A DNA stretch of 50,046 nt, taken from the IMG/VR virus record IMGVR_UViG_3300030376_005812, positions 1-50,046 of that record; one strand, given 5' to 3'. Both the position numbers and the translations under genes were made by a program. Position 1 is the first letter of the stretch. Each line of letters begins with the position of its first letter. The DNA is from a virus (Duplodnaviria; Caudoviricetes). Of the stretch, positions 19,923 to 28,361 are shown in pieces. The notes under the pieces were generated by a model, which was given only the letters and a program-made list of their open reading frames with translations, was not told the origin of the DNA and searched no databases.

Positions 19923-20863
19923 TAGGGAAGCACCTGCAGATTATCGTGGTTGTCCCAAGTGTCCTTGTCCCAGTGCTTGGGCAGACGCATTTGCATGTTA
20001 GCGTAGTGATCGCAAACAGTCTTCATCGCATCCTTGTACTGCATCTGGATCATCTGGTAGTGAGTGCCGCTGACCTTCTTGTAGGCAGCCAGCTTCAGTG
20101 ATCCCGCTGCAGCGACCGCCTCATACATGGCCTGCAACCCAAACGGTGCGATCTCGTACTTGACTGCAGAAGAGTCCGAGTGAAAGTCGAATGGCAGTCG
20201 AGTCGTCAACGTCAGGTTGGTATTGCCTTTGGCAGCACTAATTGTGCTGCTTTCAATGAGTCGTTCTTCAACAACAGAAACAGTATTCGGGCTTGCTCCA
20301 CTACTAAAGATGCGAAGCATTGAACCTGCGTAAGCATTTGGCCTCAAATCGTGAGCCCCAAGCGTAGCGGTTCCCAACTCCAAAGTGTTTGCATTTCTGT
20401 CCGAATCAGAAGTCAGCTTTCCTGCCTCACCATAGTGAAGCATTATGTCACCTGAGTGGGTATAGAAAATGTCGATGTCCTGAGTCTCTTTGGGGATCGG
20501 ACGCACGGAGAGCTGGTTACCCTCAAGCGACCAGTTCGGACCACTAGGAGAGTAAAACGACCGAGGAGTCGTATCTCTTTCAACACGCCCCGTGTCTGCG
20601 TTATAGGTACATACCGACCAGACCTCACCCACAGTGGGGGGCAACTGGTAGTACTGCTGATCTGCAGCCAGCGAAACACGAAGCCTGCACACCACAGGAT
20701 TCGACAAGCTGTTGTTTACCCGCGACACCACACTCGTCATTGAAGGCATGATGACATGCCTAATCATGAAGTCGTCAGAGTACTTGGCATCCAGATCCGG
20801 GTCATCCAAGTAACCTCGGATCCGCTCAATGACCGTGTACAGAAATGAGTTGGTTGCGTGCAT
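19922..20863 (-). CDS. Head-tail adaptor / tail tubular protein A-like
   Basis: ERIRGYLDD N-terminal helix, QQYYQLP and LSVRPIP motifs typical of podovirus adaptor proteins. Confidence 0.7.
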   Translation of the reverse strand: MHATNSFLYTVIERIRGYLDDPDLDAKYSDDFMIRHVIMPSMTSVVSRVNNSLSNPVVCRLRVSLAADQQYYQLPPTVGEVWSVCTYNADTGRVERDTTPRSFYSPSGPNWSLEGNQLSVRPIPKETQDIDIFYTHSGDIMLHYGEAGKLTSDSDRNANTLELGTATLGAHDLRPNAYAGSMLRIFSSGASPNTVSVVEERLIESSTISAAKGNTNLTLTTRLPFDFHSDSSAVKYEIAPFGLQAMYEAVAAAGSLKLAAYKKVSGTHYQMIQMQYKDAMKTVCDHYANMQMRLPKHWDKDTWDNHDNLQVLP

Positions 20864-21141
20864 TATCTACCTTCGCCTCTGATGAACATGTCAAGGATGT
20901 CGTCGAGGTTCTCTCGGATCCCCATGTTCTGCCGTCTGGTGACCTTGTCCGTACCTTCCATGAAGAGCTTGTCCAGCAGTGGGGCAACCTTCATGCTGTA
21001 CATATCAGCCTCGTCATAGTCGCCAATCCGCATAGCTTGGCCTTCCTTCTTGGTGGCTTCGAGGAGCTTCCGAACCTCTCGGGTGGAGAGTTCGGGCTTG
21101 AAGCCTCGGGCCAGCTTCAGCATTCTGACGAGGTTACTCAT
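20863..21141 (-). CDS. Hypothetical protein
   Basis: 92-aa ORF coupled to the adaptor gene. Confidence 0.65.
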   Translation of the reverse strand: MSNLVRMLKLARGFKPELSTREVRKLLEATKKEGQAMRIGDYDEADMYSMKVAPLLDKLFMEGTDKVTRRQNMGIRENLDDILDMFIRGEGR

Positions 21142-21145
21142 GGGG

Positions 21146-21712
21146 TTATCCGTGGGTGATTATGCGGGATGAAGATTGTGCCATTGATTGTAACTCATCT
21201 TTTGCGGCTTGGAAGGATTCTCCCCCCATTGCCTCGGGGATGTAGCGGTCCTGACCGATCTCCATTCGGTGGGCCGCATCGAACATACCCATGTGGTTCA
21301 AGCGATTTATGGCATCAGACTTCTCAAGCTTGCCCTCTTCACGATCAGCAAGCTCCCTGTTTCTGAGGCCTCTCATTTTCTGGTGCATGTTCTCGATCAT
21401 GTCCTCAGCCATGCAACATCGCCACCTCAAGTGGTCAAGGGTGGGCCGACCCTCACGATACAGGTCTGGGGGGTGGGGCATGGTCTCAAGTTCAATGCAG
21501 ACCCGAATGCCATCTGAATCGTCATACACCCATTCGGCTAGGACGAAGTTGCCGGTGCCACTGTGGTGGTAGACAAAGAGCCGGTCTCTCTTGGTGGCTC
21601 TTCGGACAGCACGAATCCACTCCCCGTCCGGGAGTAGCTCATGCCGCTCGTCCATTGAAAGATAGTTCTCGGCGGCTTCTTGCTTTGGATCGTAAAGGAT
21701 CTCGATATTCAT
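21146..21712 (-). CDS. Hypothetical protein
   Basis: AAGGAG SD; 188 aa. Confidence 0.75.
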   Translation of the reverse strand: MNIEILYDPKQEAAENYLSMDERHELLPDGEWIRAVRRATKRDRLFVYHHSGTGNFVLAEWVYDDSDGIRVCIELETMPHPPDLYREGRPTLDHLRWRCCMAEDMIENMHQKMRGLRNRELADREEGKLEKSDAINRLNHMGMFDAAHRMEIGQDRYIPEAMGGESFQAAKDELQSMAQSSSRIITHG

Positions 21713-21730
21713 GGTTTCTCCCTTGGAAAC

Positions 21731-21976
21731 TTACCACTTCTTGCAGGACCAGTAACGGGCAGTGAGCTTGTTCGTGGCGGTAGCACACTTGTGTCTGGCC
21801 CGGAATGACTTGCGTCGAGCAGGCCGGTTCTTCTTGATGGTCATATTAGCATCTCCGTAGCGGATGATCTTTTCCTGACCGTTTTGGCAAGCCTTCACCA
21901 CGAACTTCTTGGTCTTGGTTCGCTGGTTCCGTGGCTTGTTGCACGGCATGGTCTTCTTGTTGATCTTTGCAGCCAT
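21731..21976 (-). CDS. Small basic conserved phage protein (DUF6321-like)
   Basis: KKFVVKAC..IIRYGD..PARRKSFRARHKC..TARYWSCKKW signature. Confidence 0.8.
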   Translation of the reverse strand: MAAKINKKTMPCNKPRNQRTKTKKFVVKACQNGQEKIIRYGDANMTIKKNRPARRKSFRARHKCATATNKLTARYWSCKKW

Positions 21977-22266
21977 TACTTCTTCTTTGTCTTTTTCATA
22001 AGTTCAGCGTAAAGCTTGTCAAACTTCTTGCTTGGATAAGGGGCTTCGAGAAGCTTTTGAATTTTCTTTTTTGTAGCTGGGGTCTCAAGAAAAAGTAAGT
22101 CTGGACGAGTCGGCTTGCTTGTAAAAGCATTTCGGTCAATACGGATCGGAGAGTGCTCTACTGGAGGTCCAGTCCGCGTGCTAAAGTCCATAAACTCCGA
22201 TGTATCTTTACGTCGTGGTTTAAGGCGAGAAAGAAGACGTAGCAAAATTTGAGTCTTATCAGCCAT
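21976..22266 (-). CDS. Small basic hypothetical protein
   Basis: TAATG-coupled on both sides; Lys-rich. Confidence 0.65.
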   Translation of the reverse strand: MADKTQILLRLLSRLKPRRKDTSEFMDFSTRTGPPVEHSPIRIDRNAFTSKPTRPDLLFLETPATKKKIQKLLEAPYPSKKFDKLYAELMKKTKKK

Positions 22267-22520
22267 TACTTAACCACCTTGTACTTCTTTTTGGTCTTCT
22301 TTTTCCAAGAGATCTTGGCAGGACCTGTCTTCTTTTTAGCCGCAGTTGTACACATGGCCTTGGTTGGTCTGCACGCAGGGTAGGGTCTTGAGCTCCCCCC
22401 AGTGGCAGACTTCCGACCACAGGGCTTGCCCGTTTTGCAATCAATCCAACCCTTGCCCTTGTTACGAGCAAACCAACCACGAAGACCTTTTGACTTTTCA
22501 AGCTTGAACTTGGTAGCCAT
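22266..22520 (-). CDS. Small basic conserved phage protein (DUF5872-like)
   Basis: GLRGWF..WIDCKTGKPCGR..YPACRP signature. Confidence 0.75.
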   Translation of the reverse strand: MATKFKLEKSKGLRGWFARNKGKGWIDCKTGKPCGRKSATGGSSRPYPACRPTKAMCTTAAKKKTGPAKISWKKKTKKKYKVVK

Positions 22521-22669
22521 TACTTCTTGACCTTGAGCTTCTTCTTGCTTTTGTTGCCCCAGTTAGCTGCCCCTGCTTTGCGGCACTTTACAAGAGCACC
22601 GGAAGCATAGGCCGAGGGAAACACGCGGTATCGAGCTTTGACTTTGTGATAGCAAGCATCCTTAGCCAT
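22520..22669 (-). CDS. Small basic conserved phage protein (49 aa, absent from the ORF track)
   Basis: Translated by hand: MAKDACYHKVKARYRVFPSAYASGALVKCRKAGAANWGNKSKKKLKVKK; stop/start overlaps on both sides. Confidence 0.8.
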   Translation of the reverse strand: MAKDACYHKVKARYRVFPSAYASGALVKCRKAGAANWGNKSKKKLKVKK

Positions 22670-22788
22670 CAATACCCACCCATCATCCTTGGCGGCTTAG
22701 TGCTTGCAGCCGCAGTCGCTTTTCCCGACTTCACCTTCATCTTCTTTTTCTTCTTGGGCATTGCGCCAGTCTTGACTGTGTACTTCAT
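22669..22788 (-). CDS. Small Lys-rich protein (39 aa, absent from the ORF track)
   Basis: Translated by hand: MKYTVKTGAMPKKKKKMKVKSGKATAAASTKPPRMMGGY; AAGGA SD; TGATG coupling to the next gene. Confidence 0.7.
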   Translation of the reverse strand: MKYTVKTGAMPKKKKKMKVKSGKATAAASTKPPRMMGGY

Positions 22789-22798
22789 GGTCTAATCC

Positions 22799-23122
22799 TT
22801 AGGAGCTAGGGATGTTGGAGGCAAGGAGGGGACGAACGCAAGGCTTTGCTACTGCAGTCTTGGCGGACTCGTCCATAAGATTGAGAAGGGCATTGAACAC
22901 AACAGCGACATTGTTGATGTCTTGGCCTGTCAGCTTGGAGATGCCCTCAGCATCGCGGCCATCTTGAAGCTCACTTGTGTCATTGGGGAAGAGAGAGCTA
23001 ACAGTGCTCCACTTCTTGGCCCAATCCTCACCCCGAACCGTGACGTACCTGAGGGTTTCGCACATTGGCCGGATGTAGTTGTTTGCGAACGCAATAGCTT
23101 CTTGGTCTGTAATGTCTGCCAT
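22799..23122 (-). CDS. Hypothetical protein (follows the beta-helix gene)
   Basis: 107-aa helical ORF with AGGT SD. Confidence 0.7.
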   Translation of the reverse strand: MADITDQEAIAFANNYIRPMCETLRYVTVRGEDWAKKWSTVSSLFPNDTSELQDGRDAEGISKLTGQDINNVAVVFNALLNLMDESAKTAVAKPCVRPLLASNIPSS

Positions 23123-23131
23123 TTTGATTAC

Positions 23132-24244
23132 CTAAAAGACGTGGGAGGTTTCCGGTGTAGGTCGCACCATAGGACCAACGTCGGGGAATGTTTTTCTTGA
23201 GGAAGAAGTAGGGGAAACAACACTCGGGTCGGAGAGGCTTTTGAGTGCCCCGCGTTGACGAAGCAAGGCTCCGCCACCAGACGTTGAGTTTAGCTCGTAG
23301 TCTGTGGTATCTACAAATGGACTTGCAGACAATGTTATTGCATTGTAGTTCACGTCGCCCATGTTTGTGTAGGCTGCGCCTGAGAGGGATCCGGTTGCAT
23401 TGTTGTTGAGGAACAACCCTGCGGTTGACGTGTTTGTGCCCTGTAGATTTTCGAATCCCTTTGCTCCGTTGTAAACAATGTTGTCTTGGATAACCGTAAC
23501 GCCTACGCCTGCAGCATCCTGACCCTCCAAAAGCTGGAGGCCAATCCCGCAATTTTCAATGACGTTGTTCATAAAGGCTCCACCAATCTTGTTGTTGTCG
23601 CCTGTCATTTGAATGCCGATAAGGTCACTGTCTCCGTTGCCTTTGAACACACAGTCAATCACGTTGTTGGTGATGTGGCTGGCATTCAGGCTGAGGATTC
23701 TAGCTCCTGATGTGGTCGTCCCCCCATTTGCGTGGAAGTAACAGCCAACTAGAGTTGCCCGCAAAGCCTCAACAATAGCGTTGGAAGCAATGGGAGCAGC
23801 AACATGGACGTTGATGAAAGCACCATCGTTGCAACGAGCGATGGACCCTGCAGTGCTAGTGCTTGTTACCTTGCAACGGTAAGCAACTGTATAGTCGCCA
23901 GACAGCCATAGACCAAGAGTCCAACCTCCATTTTCAATATCCAAGCCCTCAACAACGACATGCTCACCATTCACAATGAACCGCTGGGTCATCTCAAACA
24001 TGCCGCCATCACCGATGGTAGACGTGTAACCTCTGATATGAATCGGGGCAGTAGCGGTTCCACTTACGCCCCACGTGATGTTTCCTGTGCTGGCCCGTGA
24101 GGAAGTGCGCTTGACGTTCACTCTGTCGCCCGCAGCTACTCCGCTCAAGCAGGCTGCAAAATCCTGCCAAGCGTTTGCTTCAGACGTGCCATCGTTGCTT
24201 CCACTGCTGAGGTCGTAGTTGAGATATCTTTCGGTGAAAGCCAT
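23132..24244 (-). CDS. Right-handed beta-helix (pectin-lyase fold) tailspike-like protein
   Basis: NDGTSEANAW and GDRVNVK start; repeated Asn/Gly/Ile/Cys ladder strands (NNVIDCVFKGN, NNVIENCGIG, DNIVYNG). Confidence 0.7.
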   Translation of the reverse strand: MAFTERYLNYDLSSGSNDGTSEANAWQDFAACLSGVAAGDRVNVKRTSSRASTGNITWGVSGTATAPIHIRGYTSTIGDGGMFEMTQRFIVNGEHVVVEGLDIENGGWTLGLWLSGDYTVAYRCKVTSTSTAGSIARCNDGAFINVHVAAPIASNAIVEALRATLVGCYFHANGGTTTSGARILSLNASHITNNVIDCVFKGNGDSDLIGIQMTGDNNKIGGAFMNNVIENCGIGLQLLEGQDAAGVGVTVIQDNIVYNGAKGFENLQGTNTSTAGLFLNNNATGSLSGAAYTNMGDVNYNAITLSASPFVDTTDYELNSTSGGGALLRQRGALKSLSDPSVVSPTSSSRKTFPDVGPMVRPTPETSHVF

Positions 24245-24247
24245 TCA

Positions 24248-25060
24248 TCAACTTTCTTCTAGCTCAACCATCACAGTAGCTCGTGTGACTGTAGCCGGGG
24301 TTCCTGTAATCTCAAACTCAAACATGTCGTCAGCCGCAATCGTTGCGTCATCAAACCCGGATGTAATCTCTGCGGTCTGAGCACTGGACACTGCAACCAC
24401 GTCAGTCGTGGCAGAGGTTCCAGTGATTGCCCCGCTTGCTCGGGTTCTGATCGTGAAGGATACGCTGCCGCTTTGATCACAGATCAGGTTGATCTGTTTC
24501 ACTGTGCAGGCGTATGGAATTCTCCTGTGGCCTTTCACCCCAGCAGTCAGAACCGTACCGCCTCCGTCCACCGTGATTCCGATGACTTCCTTGTTCTTCT
24601 TGGAGTCAAGAGTGGTTTGGAGGTCGGTGACGTTTGAAATGCTGTGAGTGTGGCTAGAAGCAGCCTTACCATCCAACGTCGATTGGAGGCTGGTGACGTG
24701 GGCAATCTCAATAGCATCTGGAACCCAAGCACTTATACCATTCCACTTGAGGTATTCGTGGATACCGGGAGAAGACACTGACACGTTGGTCAGGTCGTTC
24801 AATACGTGGGTTGCTTCAGTGTAGGAAAAGACACCCGTGCTGCTGTTGTACGAAAGAGGGCTGGTAGCTGACACGGAGTCCCGCGCATTCGCCGCGCTGA
24901 ATCCCGGAGCAGTCGCACTCACCGTAACCGTGGGGGGATCGGTCTTGCTGACCGCAACCGTAGGGCCAGCCTGTTGTGTAACCGAAACAGTAAGAGAGTC
25001 TGCCGGAGTAACAGTTACTGTGGGGGGATCAGTAGAACTGACTACTACTGTATTGGGCAC
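24248..25060 (-). CDS. Fibre protein with phage tail repeats
   Basis: TDPPTVTV occurs twice; PLSYNSSTGVFS; HVTSLQSTLDGKAASSHTHSISNVTDLQTTLD repeat. Confidence 0.7.
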   Translation of the reverse strand: MPNTVVVSSTDPPTVTVTPADSLTVSVTQQAGPTVAVSKTDPPTVTVSATAPGFSAANARDSVSATSPLSYNSSTGVFSYTEATHVLNDLTNVSVSSPGIHEYLKWNGISAWVPDAIEIAHVTSLQSTLDGKAASSHTHSISNVTDLQTTLDSKKNKEVIGITVDGGGTVLTAGVKGHRRIPYACTVKQINLICDQSGSVSFTIRTRASGAITGTSATTDVVAVSSAQTAEITSGFDDATIAADDMFEFEITGTPATVTRATVMVELEES

Positions 25061-25063
25061 GGC

Positions 25064-25798
25064 TTACCTCGTAATTTCAGGTCGGACCTTGATCGTACCT
25101 TCAAGAAGGCGAAACTTTCTACCATCAGACGGGTAGTTGGTAAGCTCAATGTCGTACAGATAAGTCTCAGGAGCAGACAAAGCTGCGGTTGTAGCGTTCG
25201 GCAGCAAGACAGTCACAAGCCCAGTGGTGGAGCTGCTGATGGTGATGTCAGCGTCAAGCCCCCCAGTGAAGTTGATTGCGGTTGCGTTCGGATAAGACGA
25301 AGTAATCGTCGTGTTTCCTGCCGTACCCGCTACATCCTGAGTGAGGGTAACCACTTCTCCCGAAGCAGATGCTGTGATGTTAATGGAGGCAGCGTTGATT
25401 CCTGTAGCCAAAGCGGTAGCTGCGTCGGAAGCATTGGCCTTGTCTTCAACAGAAAGAATCTGAAGCACGCCAGTGGAAGCTGCAGTCAGCTGGGTGCCGG
25501 TTGAGGAACTGGAAACCTTGAAGGTTTTTCCCGTCCCTGCTGTGTCCGTAATCGTCAAGGTCTTATCAGCTACGTTGTTTGCGCCCGTAAAAGTCACGGT
25601 TGCCGTTGCGGCTGTAGCAGCACTCAAAACCTTTGCGCTGGATGACGATGAAGTAAACGCTTCTCGAAGCTGCATTTCAGCAGTCACTGCTGGGCTCAGC
25701 CCGTGCAGCGTGATGGGACTACCACTTGAATCCTTGAACGTAATGTCAAGAGTTTCATCCTGCCCCTGATTGATGGTCCACTCATAGCTGGTAGCCAT
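25064..25798 (-). CDS. Structural protein with BppU/LtfC-like Ig-type scaffold and an inserted Thr/Ala-rich domain
   Basis: INQGQD..F..AEMQLR N-terminal half and YLYDIEL..RLLEGTIKVRPEITR C-terminal half. The start is moved to ATG 25798, downstream of the terminator. Confidence 0.65.
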   Translation of the reverse strand: MATSYEWTINQGQDETLDITFKDSSGSPITLHGLSPAVTAEMQLREAFTSSSSSAKVLSAATAATATVTFTGANNVADKTLTITDTAGTGKTFKVSSSSTGTQLTAASTGVLQILSVEDKANASDAATALATGINAASINITASASGEVVTLTQDVAGTAGNTTITSSYPNATAINFTGGLDADITISSSTTGLVTVLLPNATTAALSAPETYLYDIELTNYPSDGRKFRLLEGTIKVRPEITR

Positions 25799-25810
25799 TT
25801 GTAATCCCGT

Positions 25811-25860
25811 AAAAAATGAGGGTAGGGGGAAGGGCAACGAATCACCCCTCCCCCCGCCTC
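25811..25860 (-). terminator. Rho-independent terminator after the major capsid gene
   Basis: On the minus strand: GGGGGAGGGGTGA-TTCG-TTGCCCTTCCCCC stem-loop followed by ATTTTTT. Confidence 0.75.
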
Positions 25861-25876
25861 AAGGGAGAAATCTAGA

Positions 25877-27415
25877 TCACTCGCCGTACTCAGTGTCAGT
25901 GCTGCAGCCGGTGAGCTTCATTCCGCAAGGCTGATCAGGAATCAGCTGCATTCGGAGCATACCGGGGAGCTGCACACCCTCAGTCACTTGACTGAAGTTG
26001 CCGACGCTCTTCGAAATCGGAGCCTTGATGCCCGAGTAACCGAGTGCCGGAGCAACGAACTCGAACGGGATAAAGGACTCGACTTCGCTTGCACGCTGGG
26101 TGCCAGCGGGTGACGGCGGAACGTAACGCTTCCAGTTCTGACCACCCTTACGGATGCCGTAAACTGCGCCATCTTCAACATAGTTCGAGGTGTAACCCTT
26201 GTAGGTACGCCCGTCCATGGTGAAGCTGAAGCCGTCTGCAGAACCTTCAGAGCTGAGGGACGAAGGACGGCCAGTACGATCAACCATGTACTGTCCGATC
26301 TTCTGCGACTCGTAGTTGAGCCACACACCATCAGATGCAATCAGGCAGTCGATGTACATTCCGTAACGGTCCTTGGCACGATGGAAACCGCGCAGGTACT
26401 GACGAAGCTTGTGCTCAGTCAGAGCACCAACGCTGCTCTTCATGTAGGACTTGTGCTCGGCGTGGGTGTCCACGTCGATGCTGTTGCCAGAGATAGCATC
26501 ACGACCAAGAAGCTTACCCGTCTTCTTGAACCACGAGTTCACACCAGCAATCGCACCATCGTTGGTGATTGCCGTTGCAGCCTTGTGAGTTCCTGCTGCA
26601 ATAAGTCGATCACCAGCACCAAGAGTACCGTCAAGGTTGTTGTCGTCATTGGTACCAATGACCAAAGACCCCTTCACCTCATCAACAGCCAAAACATAAG
26701 CGTTAACCTTTGCAGCAGTAGTTGCATCGTCATGGGTCTGGGTATCGGTGTCGTCGAGAATTTCGACACGCATACCCACAGCAAAACGATGATACGCCTT
26801 TTCACTCAAAGTCAGAGTTACTGCGTGAGTCACGTCAGCATGAGCAGTACTAGCATCAGCAACAGTAGCAATCGTACCAAGCTGATACTCTTCGTTCTCG
26901 GTGGTGTACCAAGTGTTGCAGACGGTCTGAGCAATGTTACGAGCAAAGCCTTCCATCTTAGGAGCAATCACGCTTCCGATGAACGCCGGAGTTGCTTCGG
27001 CCTGAAGCTCACCAAGGGTCATCATCAGGTTGGTGTGGATTGCACGCATGGGAACCTGAAGTCGGTACGGGGTAGCATTTGCACCCAGAGTTGCATCAGG
27101 GAAGGTCTGCGAGAGATTCTGCAGGTGAAGCTTTGAACTAAGAGCAGAATCCGTGTCACCAAACATGGTGAAATCATTGGTGACTGTCTTATTGCTCATA
27201 TCGACGACACCGGCCATGGAGCCCATGAACACCTTGGTAACAAGCATGTCACGGCCAATTGCCGATGCGGGGCCAACGCCCTGCTGAGAAACGATAGTGT
27301 CCCGCCACGCGGGGTCCATCGACGGGAGGATCACGCCGATGTTCTTGTTGATGACTTCCTCAATACGCCCGCTGTGGGTGTTAAAAAGGGAGTCGGCTGT
27401 AACTGTATAAGCCAT
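25877..27415 (-). CDS. Major capsid protein
   Basis: 512 aa; order portal-scaffold-this gene; AAGGA SD; followed by a terminator. Confidence 0.8.
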   Translation of the reverse strand: MAYTVTADSLFNTHSGRIEEVINKNIGVILPSMDPAWRDTIVSQQGVGPASAIGRDMLVTKVFMGSMAGVVDMSNKTVTNDFTMFGDTDSALSSKLHLQNLSQTFPDATLGANATPYRLQVPMRAIHTNLMMTLGELQAEATPAFIGSVIAPKMEGFARNIAQTVCNTWYTTENEEYQLGTIATVADASTAHADVTHAVTLTLSEKAYHRFAVGMRVEILDDTDTQTHDDATTAAKVNAYVLAVDEVKGSLVIGTNDDNNLDGTLGAGDRLIAAGTHKAATAITNDGAIAGVNSWFKKTGKLLGRDAISGNSIDVDTHAEHKSYMKSSVGALTEHKLRQYLRGFHRAKDRYGMYIDCLIASDGVWLNYESQKIGQYMVDRTGRPSSLSSEGSADGFSFTMDGRTYKGYTSNYVEDGAVYGIRKGGQNWKRYVPPSPAGTQRASEVESFIPFEFVAPALGYSGIKAPISKSVGNFSQVTEGVQLPGMLRMQLIPDQPCGMKLTGCSTDTEYGE

Positions 27416-27443
27416 GTTGAAATAGTCCTTGGGAAATTAGCCG

Positions 27444-28361
27444 TTAGGCTTTTGACTCGTCACCTGCAGAGGAGTCCTCTGCAAGCCTACTAAGTACATC
27501 CGCATTCCAATTTTGGACGGATGTATCCACGTCCCCCCGAGTCATACCAGACTTGAATTCTGGTTCTGGCACGGGAGGCTTGGAAGCAAAAGTCGATTCC
27601 CCGGAGACTGTTTCCGGTGCTCGACCGATTGAGTCGATGTCACCGATTACCGTCCGGTATGTGCTCAGCACTTTCTCAGTTGCTTCTTGAGCGGTGGGTC
27701 CTACCCAAGCTTCGCTAAAGTTGCCTTCCCGAGACTTTCTGTCTTGGAGCATCTTTACCGTTTGCTCGTGAACCTGCTCCTCGAAGCTGGATCGTGCCTT
27801 ATCGAACGCTTCTGAATTGTCGCCTGACTTCAGGCGACCCAACAATACATCAACATCTTTGTTTGTGTCAAGAGCATTGTTTACACCCTGACGCATTTCG
27901 CGCTGAAGCATTGAAAGTCGGTACTGACGAAGCTCTTCTGAGGTCGCCTCAGCTTGTCTGCGGGCCTCTTCGTCTTGGTAGTTCATCTGGGTTTCTCCCT
28001 CGGTAAAATCGGGTTCTTCTGGTGATTCTTCGGGCTCTTCGCTCCCCCCATTGACTGCGTCCGAGTACTGAGACATGTACTCCTCGATCTGCTGGGGGCT
28101 GTAGCCTGACTCGGAAAGCACGACGCGGGCCGCACGCATACGACCTTCATCACTGACCTCGTTGCTCATCAGCTGCATGGTGCTGGACTTGAAGTCGTTG
28201 AGCTGACCAACCTGCTGTTCAAGTTCGGAAGAACGCTGCTGGGCTGCAAGAAGGTCTTGAATGGTGAATGTGGTGCCGTCGATTTCGATCTCCGTATCCA
28301 TGGAGATTTCTTCGATGCCGTCGTTTTCAACCTGAGGAGTTTCGTTTGAATCACTGAGCAT
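27444..28361 (-). CDS. Capsid scaffolding protein
   Basis: Acidic coiled coil with EIEIDGTTFTIQDL; between portal and capsid genes. Confidence 0.75.
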   Translation of the reverse strand: MLSDSNETPQVENDGIEEISMDTEIEIDGTTFTIQDLLAAQQRSSELEQQVGQLNDFKSSTMQLMSNEVSDEGRMRAARVVLSESGYSPQQIEEYMSQYSDAVNGGSEEPEESPEEPDFTEGETQMNYQDEEARRQAEATSEELRQYRLSMLQREMRQGVNNALDTNKDVDVLLGRLKSGDNSEAFDKARSSFEEQVHEQTVKMLQDRKSREGNFSEAWVGPTAQEATEKVLSTYRTVIGDIDSIGRAPETVSGESTFASKPPVPEPEFKSGMTRGDVDTSVQNWNADVLSRLAEDSSAGDESKA

